NCBI GenBank assembly: GCA_046091365.1
Contig: JBJTBM010000117.1
Location: forward strand, 11,030 to 75,029
Origin: Acidimicrobiia bacterium
GTDB lineage: Bacteria > Actinomycetota > Acidimicrobiia > Acidimicrobiales > Ilumatobacteraceae
Length of the DNA stretch: 64,000 nt
Direction: 5' to 3'
The translations under genes and the position numbers were made by a program. Under the pieces are notes generated by a model, which ran no database searches, had not been told where the DNA came from, and saw only the letters and a list, made by a program, of their open reading frames with translations. This document shows, one piece after another, positions 27,845 to 36,492 of this stretch; position 1 is the first letter of the stretch; every line of letters starts with the position of its first letter.

Positions 27845-28266
27845 CATTCCCCGCCCCCGCGGATCTGTTGCCGCATCGGCCTCCCTTCTTGTTCGTCGAC
27901 GAGGTCGTCGATCTCGTACCCGGCCAGTCGGCCCGTGGGCTGTGGCGTCTCACGGGGGACGAGTGGTTCTTCGCGGGACACTTCCCGGGTCGGGCGACCC
28001 TGCCCGGCGTGCTGATGTGCGAGTCGATCGCCCAAATGGGTGCCATCGCGGTCCTGGCCTCGGGAGTCGGCAACGGTCGTCTTCCGCTCTTCGGAGGACT
28101 CGACGGCGCGCGTTTCCGCCGACAGGTCGGCCCCGGCGACGTTCTCACCCTCGAAGTGGAACTCGGGCGCATGTCGTCGCGGGCCGGCAAGGGAAGCGGG
28201 CGCGCACTGCTCGGCGATGACGTCGCGTGCGAGTGCGACCTGATGTTCGTGTTCGTCGACGCCTGA
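27841..28266 (+). CDS. fabZ: 3-hydroxyacyl-ACP dehydratase FabZ
   Basis: Its ATG overlaps the bcp stop (ATGA). Motifs LLPHRPPFLFVDEV...FFAGHFPGRATLPGVLMCESIAQ are present. Confidence 0.85.
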   Translation: MTFPAPADLLPHRPPFLFVDEVVDLVPGQSARGLWRLTGDEWFFAGHFPGRATLPGVLMCESIAQMGAIAVLASGVGNGRLPLFGGLDGARFRRQVGPGDVLTLEVELGRMSSRAGKGSGRALLGDDVACECDLMFVFVDA

Positions 28267-28280
28267 CGTCGTCGAGTCGC

Positions 28281-29477
28281 TCAGGCCGGGCCGAGGATGA
28301 TGCTGCCGTTGTGGCCGCCGAACCCGAAGTTGTTCGACATGGCCGGAGCCGGGACCCACGGACGTGCCGCACCGATGACGACGTCGATGTCGACATCGTC
28401 ATCGAGGGACGTAGTGCCCGCGGTCGGGGGAATCGATCCGTGGCGCATCGACAACAAGACCGACGCCGCCTCGAGGGCGCCCGCCGCTCCGAGAGCGTGT
28501 CCGGTGACGCCCTTGATACTGGTCACCGCCGGCTGGTGCGCACCGAACACCGCGCGAATCGCCGCGGCCTCGGCCTCGTCGTTGCGCGGAGTGGAGGTGC
28601 CGTGAGCGTTGACGTAGGTGATCTGATCGGGGCGCAGGCCAGCATCGTCGAGGGCCATGTGCATGCAGTCGATGGCGCCCACGCCGCCCGGGGCGGGCGC
28701 GGTGATGTGATGCGCGTCGGCGTTGCTGGCCGCCCCGAGAATCTCGCCGAGGATCTCGGCACCGCGGGCGACCGCGTGCTCCCATTCCTCGAGCACGAAA
28801 ATCGCGGCACCCTCGCCCATCACGAAGCCGTCGCGTTCGCGGTCGAAGGGCCGACTCATCCCGACGGTGGACAGCGCGGTCATGTTGCTGAAGCCGGCGA
28901 GTGACGACGGCGTGGCGGCCGCTTCGCTGCCGCCGCTCACGATGGCGTCGCACCGGCCCATGGCGATGAGGCGTGCGGCGTACCCGAGTGCGTGGGTCCC
29001 CGCGGCGCAGGCCGTGCAGATCGTCTCGTTCGGTCCGCGCAAGCCGTAACGCATGGATATGGCGGCTCCGGACGCGTTGGCCATCATCATCGGCACGAGG
29101 AACGGCGAGACGCGCCGCTCACCTTTTTCGAGGCGAATCTGGACCTGTTCCTCGAGGGTGCCCAAACCGCCGATGCCGGTGCCCAGGATCACCCCGAAAC
29201 GCCGGGGGTCGATGCCCAAGGTCGCGGCGTCCTCGGCGACGACTCCGGCTTGCTCGAGCGCCTCCCGGGCCGCGGCGAGAGCGAACTGTTCCACGCGATC
29301 GGCCCGTCGGGCTTCCTTGGGGTTGGAGAAATAGGGCAGCGGGTCCCAGTTCTCGATGGTGATCCACTGCGGGCCGTCGATGCCCGGTCCGTGCAACCCG
29401 GTCCAGAAGGCGTCCTTGCCGAGGCCGCAGGTGGAGACGACGCCGAGACCGGTGACGGCGACACGGCGTCCGAGCAT
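28281..29477 (-). CDS. fabF: beta-ketoacyl-ACP synthase II
   Basis: 398 aa KAS with active-site TACAAG, two HGTST/GH-type histidines and C-terminal NFGFGGHN. Confidence 0.95.
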   Translation of the reverse strand: MLGRRVAVTGLGVVSTCGLGKDAFWTGLHGPGIDGPQWITIENWDPLPYFSNPKEARRADRVEQFALAAAREALEQAGVVAEDAATLGIDPRRFGVILGTGIGGLGTLEEQVQIRLEKGERRVSPFLVPMMMANASGAAISMRYGLRGPNETICTACAAGTHALGYAARLIAMGRCDAIVSGGSEAAATPSSLAGFSNMTALSTVGMSRPFDRERDGFVMGEGAAIFVLEEWEHAVARGAEILGEILGAASNADAHHITAPAPGGVGAIDCMHMALDDAGLRPDQITYVNAHGTSTPRNDEAEAAAIRAVFGAHQPAVTSIKGVTGHALGAAGALEAASVLLSMRHGSIPPTAGTTSLDDDVDIDVVIGAARPWVPAPAMSNNFGFGGHNGSIILGPA

Positions 29478-29716
29478 CAGCCCAGCTTTCCGGTGATGAG
29501 GTCGAAGGCCTGTCCGACGGTCTTGATGTCGTTGACCTCCTCCTCGGGAACTTCGACGCCGAATTCCTCCTCGAGGGCCATCACCAACTCGACGAGATCG
29601 AGACTGTCGGCCTCGAGGTCGTCACCGAACGACGCCGCGGGGACGACCATGTCGGCGTCGACGCTCAGGACGTCGACGGCACACTTGACGAAGCGGGCGA
29701 AAAGTTCCTGATTCAT
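29477..29716 (-). CDS. acpP: acyl carrier protein
   Basis: 79 aa with the [12 protein letters not shown] phosphopantetheine attachment motif. Confidence 0.95.
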   Translation of the reverse strand: MNQELFARFVKCAVDVLSVDADMVVPAASFGDDLEADSLDLVELVMALEEEFGVEVPEEEVNDIKTVGQAFDLITGKLG

Positions 29717-29784
29717 GAGAGTTCTCCTGACTGCGGGGTGTGACCCAACTGTAAACGCTGGCGGGGTCGGGAGCGGGTCTTGTC

Positions 29785-30489
29785 TCAGTGACCCATGCCG
29801 AGGCCGCCGTCGACAGGTATGACCGCTCCGGTGATGTACGCCGCGTCCTCGGAGGCGAGGAACGCGATCACGCCGGCGATCTCGTCGACCGTGGCGATAC
29901 GGGCCAGGGGTACCGCGGCGGACAAATCGTTCAGCCGCTCGGGTCCGAGGGCCGCGGTCATCTCGGTCTCCACCGGACCCGGCGCCACCACGTTCACCGT
30001 GATGGAACGACTGGCGAATTCGCGGGCCAGCGAACGGGCCAATCCCACCAACCCGGCCTTGGACGCCGCGTAGTTGGCCTGCCCGGCCGAGCCCAGGAGT
30101 CCGACCACCGATCCGACCAGGATGATGCGACCACGGCGGGCCCGGATCATCGTGCGTGAGGCCCGTTTGGCGACGCGGAAGGCCGCAGTGAGGTTGGCGT
30201 CGAGCACCTCGCCGAAAGACTCCTCGGTCATCTTGAGCACCAGTCCGTCGCGGGTGATACCGGCGTTCGAGACCACCACCTCGACCGGCCCGAGTTCGGC
30301 CTCCACGCGTTCGAATGCGGCGTCAACCTCGTCGCCAGACCGAACGTCGCACTTGAGCGCCAAGAATCCGTCGGGTGGCGGGGACGAGTTGTACGTGACT
30401 GCGACCTTGTCGCCCAAGGCCGCGAAACGTCGCGCGGTGGCCAAACCGATTCCGCGCGAACCACCGGTGACGAGCACGACGCGACTCAC
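29785..30489 (-). CDS. fabG: 3-oxoacyl-ACP reductase
   Basis: SDR with [12 protein letters not shown] and YAASKAG. The start at GTG 30489 forms a GTGA overlap with the fabH stop. The ORF-track start is 30504. Confidence 0.9.
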   Translation of the reverse strand: MSRVVLVTGGSRGIGLATARRFAALGDKVAVTYNSSPPPDGFLALKCDVRSGDEVDAAFERVEAELGPVEVVVSNAGITRDGLVLKMTEESFGEVLDANLTAAFRVAKRASRTMIRARRGRIILVGSVVGLLGSAGQANYAASKAGLVGLARSLAREFASRSITVNVVAPGPVETEMTAALGPERLNDLSAAVPLARIATVDEIAGVIAFLASEDAAYITGAVIPVDGGLGMGH

Positions 30490-31439
30490 GGGTTCGGTCC
30501 CCAACGCAGCACGGCACTGGCCGCGGTCATACCGGCACCGAACCCGACGAGTAGTACGTGGTCACCGTCGCGCAGACGGTTCGCCTCGATGGCGTCGACC
30601 AGGGCCAGCGGGATACTGGCCGACGAGGTGTTACCCGTGTAGTGCAACACCGTCGCCGCCCGTTCGATCGGGACCCCGAGTCGCTCGCACGCCGCTTGGA
30701 TGATCCGGATGTTCGCTTGATGGGGCACGACGAGGGCGATGTCGGAGGGATCGATGCCCGCCGCGTCGAGCGACTTGCGTCCGGAGTCGACCATGATGCG
30801 CACGGCGCGACGGAACACCTCCTTGCCCTCCATCTGGATGTGGCCGCCGAGGTCGCAATACAGCAGTTCCTCGGCCGAACCGTCGGCATCGATGTCCCAG
30901 GCGATCAACTGACCCGGGCCGTCGGTGGCCTCGAGGACGACCGCGCCCGAACCGTCGGCGAAGAGCACCGCGGTGTTCCGATCGTTCCAGTCGGTGATGC
31001 GTGACAACGTGTCGGTGCCGATCACGAGCACGTTGCGGGCGCCGATGGCGATGAGACCATGGGCCACGGTGAGGGCGTAGACGAAACCACTACAGGCCGC
31101 GTTGACGTCGAAGGCCCCGCACGACAGACCGAGGGCGTTCTGTACGGAGGCCGAGGTGGCCGGGACCGTGCGGTCGGGTGTGGTGGTGGACAACACGAGT
31201 GCGTCGATCTGACCGGGGTCGACACCGGCGCGCTCGAGCGCGATGCGTCCCGACGCCACGCTCAGTTCGGCGGTGGTGCCCCCGATACGACGTTCAGCGA
31301 TACCACTGCGCTCCTTGATCCACTCGTCGGAGGTGTCGAGCGTGCGCATGAGGTCGGCGTTGGTCACGACTCGGTCGGGTAAGGCGCGTCCCCAGCCGGT
31401 GATACGGGCCCCACGAGCTCCGGGAAGGGTCGCAGGCAT
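30486..31439 (-). CDS. fabH: beta-ketoacyl-ACP synthase III
   Basis: 317 aa with AACSGF, HQAN and GNTSSAS motifs. Confidence 0.95.
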   Translation of the reverse strand: MPATLPGARGARITGWGRALPDRVVTNADLMRTLDTSDEWIKERSGIAERRIGGTTAELSVASGRIALERAGVDPGQIDALVLSTTTPDRTVPATSASVQNALGLSCGAFDVNAACSGFVYALTVAHGLIAIGARNVLVIGTDTLSRITDWNDRNTAVLFADGSGAVVLEATDGPGQLIAWDIDADGSAEELLYCDLGGHIQMEGKEVFRRAVRIMVDSGRKSLDAAGIDPSDIALVVPHQANIRIIQAACERLGVPIERAATVLHYTGNTSSASIPLALVDAIEANRLRDGDHVLLVGFGAGMTAASAVLRWGPNP

Positions 31440-32615
31440 TCAGGCGGTCCTCAACCAGGCGATGGGCTGGCGGGGCGTGATGCGCTCACCATCGACGGCG
31501 ATGAAGGCCTGCAGGATGCCGTCGAAGGCCGAACGGACATCGGCCTCGCCGACGCGTCCGATCACGGTGCCGATCTCGATACGCGACCCGGGGGACAGGT
31601 CGGTGCGGGGCGAAAAAACGCCGGCGGCCGGGCTCACGACGAGACGTTCGACCGCGAAGAGGTGCTCGCCTTCGAGTTGTGCGGCGCCGGTCGGACTGGA
31701 CACGTTCACCCACTCGATGAACTTGTCGAGGTCGTCGGGAGTGGCGACCGAGATCGTGCGAGCACCCTCGAGCGTGCGCTTGGCCATGCCGGTGAGGACG
31801 CCACCGGGGCCGAGTTCGGCCAGGCTCGTCACCCCGAGTTCGGACAACGTGACGAGGCATTGCTTCCAACGCACCGGACTCGACAATTGGGCCGACAGCA
31901 GACTCGCCCACTCGTCGCCGTGATCGTGCGCGGCGGCGTCCACGTTGGAGATGACCGGAACCTCGGTGTCACGCGGGGAGGCCGCCGCGATCGCTTGGCG
32001 CAGCCGGTCGCGCGCGGGGGTCATGTACGGCGTGTGGAAGGCGCCCGAGACCGGAAGAGGCATCGCTTTCTTGGCTCCGAGTTCCTTGGCGATCTCGACG
32101 GCGCGGGCCACGCCCTCGGGTGATCCGGCGAGGACGATCTGTCCGGGTGCATTGAAGTTGGCGACCCAGACGTCGGCGTCGGCGCGTCGACAGGCGACCT
32201 CGACGAGTTCGTCGTCGAGCCCGAGGATGGCGCTCATCGTTCCGGGATTCGACGTACCCGCCTCGTGCATGGCGTCGGCGCGTTCGCTCACCAGTCGCAC
32301 ACCGTCGTCGAATCCGAGGGCGCCGGTGGCGGTGAGCGCCGTGTACTCACCGAGGCTGTGCCCCGCGCAGAAGCTCGGCTCGACGCCGAGACGCTCGACC
32401 GCATCGAGGACCATGAGGCTGGAGACGAAGGTGGTCAGTTGAGCGTTGCGCGTGTCCTTCAACTCCTCGGCGTCGGCGTCGAGCAGCAGGCGCGCGACGT
32501 CGCGACCGGCGACATCGCTCGCCTCAGTGACGAGTTCCCACGATTCGTGGTCGACCCAGGGTCGGCCCATACCGGGGCGCTGGGACCCCTGGCCGGGAAA
32601 GGTGAATGCGAGCAC
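31440..32615 (-). CDS. fabD: malonyl CoA-ACP transacylase with a C-terminal biotinyl/lipoyl-like extension
   Basis: FPGQGSQ and GHSLGEY in the first ~305 aa, then an extra ~86 aa beta-barrel-like tail. TAAGTT lies 6 nt upstream of GTG 32615. Confidence 0.9.
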   Translation of the reverse strand: MLAFTFPGQGSQRPGMGRPWVDHESWELVTEASDVAGRDVARLLLDADAEELKDTRNAQLTTFVSSLMVLDAVERLGVEPSFCAGHSLGEYTALTATGALGFDDGVRLVSERADAMHEAGTSNPGTMSAILGLDDELVEVACRRADADVWVANFNAPGQIVLAGSPEGVARAVEIAKELGAKKAMPLPVSGAFHTPYMTPARDRLRQAIAAASPRDTEVPVISNVDAAAHDHGDEWASLLSAQLSSPVRWKQCLVTLSELGVTSLAELGPGGVLTGMAKRTLEGARTISVATPDDLDKFIEWVNVSSPTGAAQLEGEHLFAVERLVVSPAAGVFSPRTDLSPGSRIEIGTVIGRVGEADVRSAFDGILQAFIAVDGERITPRQPIAWLRTA

Positions 32616-32621
32616 GATGCG

Positions 32622-32627
32622 AACTTA
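32622..32627 (-). promoter_or_regulatory. -10 element TAAGTT for the leaderless fabD-fabH-fabG-acpP-fabF operon
   Basis: On the minus strand: TAAGTT, a 6-nt spacer, then GTG at 32615. Confidence 0.45.
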
Positions 32628-32684
32628 GACCCTCGGAGGAGCCACGGTTGTTCTCCGTCGCGAGGGGTCGGGAGCCCCGGCGGG

Positions 32685-32690
32685 TAGCGT
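32685..32690 (+). promoter_or_regulatory. -10 element TAGCGT for the tRNA at 32700
   Basis: TAGCGT ends 9 nt before tRNA position 1. Confidence 0.35.
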
Positions 32691-32699
32691 GTCGCTCGC

Positions 32700-32772
32700 G
32701 CCCCGGTAGCCCAACGGCAGAGGCAGCGGCTTCAAACTCCGTACGGTGTGGGTTCGAATCCCACCCGGGGCA
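32700..32772 (+). tRNA. 73-nt class-I-shaped tRNA. The hand fold gives anticodon CAA, so the isotype is uncertain.
   Basis: Acceptor stem GCCCCGG/CCGGGGC with A73. U8, A14 and GG are in the D loop. T arm is GTGGG-TTCGAAT-CCCAC. The variable region is 5 nt. The anticodon arm is GCGGC-TTCAAAC-TCCGT with a C31/U39 mismatch. CCA is not encoded. Confidence 0.75.
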
Positions 32773-32814
32773 CGCACCACCTCCGTGAATCCCCCGACTT
32801 CGTAGACTTTCGGC

Positions 32815-33099
32815 GTGGGCCGGCGATTGGTGGAGAAGCGATTGCGCGACGTCGGTGGTCGACTGCGCACATTGCGCGCCTCGCTCGCCGTGGCCGAGGA
32901 GCAACTCGCACACCTCGTCGACGAGGCCGAGGACATGGGGTTGCGGGCCCTGGTGTCCGAGACCCCCGGGGCCGACCTCGACTACCGGGAAGCCCGACGG
33001 CACGCCGACGCCATGATCCGTCACCGCGACTCCGTACTCGCGGCCATCGCCGAACTCGAGTCGAAGCAGGACCAACTCCTCGAGCAAATGCGTCCGTGA
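32815..33099 (+). CDS. small coiled-coil protein, hypothetical
   Basis: 94 aa with heptad-like charged sequence. TAGACT lies 6 nt upstream of GTG 32815, which supports expression. Confidence 0.45.
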   Translation: MGRRLVEKRLRDVGGRLRTLRASLAVAEEQLAHLVDEAEDMGLRALVSETPGADLDYREARRHADAMIRHRDSVLAAIAELESKQDQLLEQMRP

Positions 33100-33182
33100 T
33101 CACGCCGACGGGGTCCGGCGCCCGGCCACCTTCCTCGGTGCCGGTCTCGGTATTCGAGTCGTGATGGTCGGCACGGAGATGG

Positions 33183-33773
33183 TTGACTGACACCGTGAGC
33201 GTCCGAGTCGTCATCGCCGAGGACGAGGCGATCATCCGTCTCGACCTGTTGGAGACATTGAGAGAAGAGGGCTACGACGTGGTGGGCGAGACCGGTCGCG
33301 GCGACGACGCTCTCGGCCTCGTGCGCGAACTGCGTCCCGACTTGGCGATCCTCGACGTCAAGATGCCCGGCATGGACGGTCTCGAGGTCGCCAAGGTGAT
33401 CGGCGAGGAACGCATCTGCGGGGTTCTGGTTCTCACCGCGTTCAGTCAACGCGAGATCATCGAGCAGGCGCGCGACGCCGGCGCCTTGGCCTACCTGGTC
33501 AAGCCGTACCAGAAAAGCGACCTGATCCCGGCGATCGAGGTGGCGATCGGGAGGTTCCGGGAGATGCAGGCGCTCTCTGGTCACGTCGACGCTCTGGGCG
33601 AGCAGCTCGAGGCCCGCAAGGTGATCGACCGCGCCAAGGGAGTTCTGATCGATGACTTCGGAATGAAAGAGAAGGACGCTTTCGCGTTCATCCAGCGCAC
33701 CGCGATGAAGGAACGTTCGAAGATGCGCGAGGTCGCCGACCGAATCCTGTCGGGCGATCTGCGTCCCGGCTGA
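33183..33773 (+). CDS. ANTAR-domain response regulator (PdtaR-like)
   Basis: Receiver domain (VVIAEDE...DVKMPGMDG...LVKP) plus an ANTAR domain (ARKVIDRAKGVLIDDFGMKEKDAFAFIQRTAMKERSKMREVA). The start is TTG 33183 or GTG 33195. Confidence 0.9.
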   Translation: MTDTVSVRVVIAEDEAIIRLDLLETLREEGYDVVGETGRGDDALGLVRELRPDLAILDVKMPGMDGLEVAKVIGEERICGVLVLTAFSQREIIEQARDAGALAYLVKPYQKSDLIPAIEVAIGRFREMQALSGHVDALGEQLEARKVIDRAKGVLIDDFGMKEKDAFAFIQRTAMKERSKMREVADRILSGDLRPG

Positions 33774-33822
33774 GCGACGTGCCGTCGCGCATGTTCGATC
33801 GGCTCCGTGGGAGGATGGGATC

Positions 33823-34767
33823 GTGGCCGATCGCAGCCTGCTGATCCTCGACGGAAACTCGTTGACTTACCGGGCGTTCTTCGGTATCCCGGCCGACATG
33901 GTGACGGCTTCCGGACAGGTCACCAACGCCGTATTCGGATTCACCTCGATGCTCCTGACCGTGTTGAAGGATCGTCGTCCCGACGGTGTCGTGGTGGCCT
34001 TCGACCGTCCCGAGCCGACGTTCCGGCACGTGGCCGAGCCGACGTACAAGGCCCAACGCGAGGAAACACCGGAGATTCTTCGCCAGCAGATGGGCATCGT
34101 GAAAGAGGTGCTCTCGGCTTTGGGAGTGACGACGATCGAGTGCGTCGGCTTCGAGGCCGACGACATCATCGCCACGGTCGCCGCCCGGGCGGTCGCCGCC
34201 GGGTTCGCGGTGATCGTCGTCACCGGCGACCGCGACAGTTATCAGTTGGTCAAGGATCCCGATGTGCAGGTGCTCTACAACAAGCGTGGCGTCACCGACT
34301 ACGCGCTGTACGACGAGGCTGGCATCATGGAGAAGACCGGGGTGCACCCCACGCGGTACGTCGAGTACGCGGCGTTGCGCGGCGACCCAAGCGACAATCT
34401 CCCCGGAGTTCCCGGCGTCGGCGAGAAGACCGCGGCGAAGTTGATCAACACCTATGGCGACCTCGACGGAATCTTCGCCCACGCGTCAGAGCAGACACCC
34501 AAGTTGCGCGCTTCGCTCACTGAGAACGAATCAGTGGCTCGACGCAACCTCGAACTGATGCGGCTACGTCACGACGCGCCGATCATCGTCGACCTCGACT
34601 CGGTGTCGGTGACTCCGGACCTGGAACGGGTCGACGAATTGTTCCGCGCGCTCGAATTTCGCACCATGGGTCAGAGATTGCGCGACGTTCTCGGGAATCT
34701 CGGCGTGTCCACGCCGGTGGCCGCGACGACTGCTAGGTCATCGGTCGGCGAGGTGTTGGTGGCCTAG
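33823..34767 (+). CDS. polA: DNA polymerase I, 5'-3' exonuclease (FEN) portion, ended by an in-frame TAG
   Basis: LLILDGNSLTYRAFF, GFEADDIIAT, TGDRDSYQL and GVPGVGEKTAAKLI (H3TH). The stop TAG is at 34765-34767. Confidence 0.85.
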   Translation: MADRSLLILDGNSLTYRAFFGIPADMVTASGQVTNAVFGFTSMLLTVLKDRRPDGVVVAFDRPEPTFRHVAEPTYKAQREETPEILRQQMGIVKEVLSALGVTTIECVGFEADDIIATVAARAVAAGFAVIVVTGDRDSYQLVKDPDVQVLYNKRGVTDYALYDEAGIMEKTGVHPTRYVEYAALRGDPSDNLPGVPGVGEKTAAKLINTYGDLDGIFAHASEQTPKLRASLTENESVARRNLELMRLRHDAPIIVDLDSVSVTPDLERVDELFRALEFRTMGQRLRDVLGNLGVSTPVAATTARSSVGEVLVA

Positions 34768-36492
34768 GTGGCCCGCGAGTCGGTCGACGAGTCGCTGGTG
34801 CGATTGCGAGAGACGACGTCCACCCAACTGCACGGTTGGTGGTCGGGGCAAACGGGGCGGTCGGAATTGCTCGGTGTCGCCGCGGTGGTCGACGGTTCCG
34901 ACGTGGTGTGGTTCGATCGGGAGGCGTTAAACCGGGCCGACGTCGGGGAATGGTTGTCGGGCGTCGTCTTCGACGGGCACGACACCAAGGCCCTGATGCG
35001 GTCTCTGCTCGCTCTGGGCATCGATCTTCGAGGATTGCGCACGGACACGGCGATCGCCGCGTACCTCATCGATCCGGCACAGTCGGCGTACGGCGTCGTC
35101 GACATCCTGTCGAAGTACACCGACCATCGCTTCGCCGACGCGGCGGGTGCCCAAGGCGAGCTCGATCTCGACGGGACGGCGATCAGCGTGGCCGAGGAGG
35201 CCGGACGGGCCGCGATCGCGGTGAGCAAGGTAGTGGGTCCGTTACGGGCGACACTCGAGTTCCAGTCGATGTCCGATCTCTACGACGAGGTCGAGAATCC
35301 GCTGGTGCGCATTCTGGCGCGCATGGAGCACGCCGGTGTCGCCGTCGATCGCGACATCCTGGGCGCCATCGCCGAGCGTCTCACGAAGGAGACCCGCGAA
35401 CTCGCCGACTCGTTGCAGGTCGTCGCCGGTACGACCTTCAATCCGAACTCGCCGTCCCAATTGGGGCGAATCCTCTTCGACGAAAAGGGCCTGACGCCGC
35501 CCAAGAAGACCAAGACCGGGTATTCGACCGACGCCGCCACGCTCGAGAAGATCCGTGACGAGTGGCCCGAGTTCATCGATCCACTCCTGCGGTATCGCGA
35601 GGTCGACAAGTTGCGCGGTACCTACGGAGACGGTCTCCTCGCCGAAGTGGCCGCCGACGGGCGTATTCACGCCAGTTTCAATCAGACCGTCGCGCGGACG
35701 GGGCGACTGTCGTCCGACCAGCCCAATCTGCACAACATTCCGGTGCGCACCGACGAAGGGCGGATCTTCCGGACGGCGTTCGTTCCGGCGGGTGGTTGCC
35801 GACTCCTGGTGGCCGACTACAACCAGATCGAGTTGCGCTGCATCGCCCACCTGGCCGACGACCCCGGTCTGATTGCTGCGTTTCGCGAGGGACGCGACGT
35901 GCACAACGCCACCGCGTCGCGGGTGTTCGGAGTCGAGGCCGACTCGGTGACCCACGAGCAGCGTTCGCGGGCCAAGATGGTCTCGTACGGTCTGGCCTAC
36001 GGTATGGAGGCGTACGGACTGGGTCAGCGGTTGGGTATCCCCACTGGTGAGGCGGCCGGAATCCTCGATGCGTACTTCGTGGCCTTCCCGAACGTGCGCG
36101 ACTACATGGATCGCACCGTGGCCGAAGCCAAGACCCGCGGTTACACCCTCACGCTGTTCGGGCGCCGACGGCGCATTCCCGAACTCGAGAGCGACAACTT
36201 CCGGGTACGACAGATGGGCGAACGCCAAGCGATGAACGCGGGCATCCAGGGTTTGGCCGCCGACATCTTCAAGAAGGCCTTGATCGCCGTCGACGGAGCG
36301 CTCGAAGAGCGCGGCTTCGGGTCGCGTCTGGTGTTGCAGGTCCACGACGAGGTGATCGTCGAGGCCCCACTCGAGGAGATGGACGAGGTGGGTCCGTTGG
36401 TACTCGGCCTCATGGAGTCCTGCGTGCAGTTGAAGGTGCCGCTGGCCGTCAATTCGGCCTGGGGCGAATCGTGGGCAGCGGCCAAGGGGTGA
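34768..36492 (+). CDS. polA: DNA polymerase I, 3'-5'-exo-like plus polymerase portion
   Basis: It is in the same frame and starts at the GTG immediately after the TAG. Pol A motifs are DYNQIELR, RRRAKMVSYGLAYG and QVHDE. Confidence 0.9.
   Translation: MARESVDESLVRLRETTSTQLHGWWSGQTGRSELLGVAAVVDGSDVVWFDREALNRADVGEWLSGVVFDGHDTKALMRSLLALGIDLRGLRTDTAIAAYLIDPAQSAYGVVDILSKYTDHRFADAAGAQGELDLDGTAISVAEEAGRAAIAVSKVVGPLRATLEFQSMSDLYDEVENPLVRILARMEHAGVAVDRDILGAIAERLTKETRELADSLQVVAGTTFNPNSPSQLGRILFDEKGLTPPKKTKTGYSTDAATLEKIRDEWPEFIDPLLRYREVDKLRGTYGDGLLAEVAADGRIHASFNQTVARTGRLSSDQPNLHNIPVRTDEGRIFRTAFVPAGGCRLLVADYNQIELRCIAHLADDPGLIAAFREGRDVHNATASRVFGVEADSVTHEQRSRAKMVSYGLAYGMEAYGLGQRLGIPTGEAAGILDAYFVAFPNVRDYMDRTVAEAKTRGYTLTLFGRRRRIPELESDNFRVRQMGERQAMNAGIQGLAADIFKKALIAVDGALEERGFGSRLVLQVHDEVIVEAPLEEMDEVGPLVLGLMESCVQLKVPLAVNSAWGESWAAAKG

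Noticed and set aside
28261-28286. An inverted repeat GCCTGA...TCAGGC spanning the convergent fabZ and fabF stop codons, considered as a bidirectional terminator.
   Set aside because: It has only a 6-bp stem with a 14-nt loop and no T tracts, which is too weak to call.
32700-34767. The idea that the odd tRNA at 32700 is an amber suppressor that reads the TAG inside polA.
   Set aside because: Its anticodon folds as CAA, not CUA, and TAG terminates several ordinary genes in the window.
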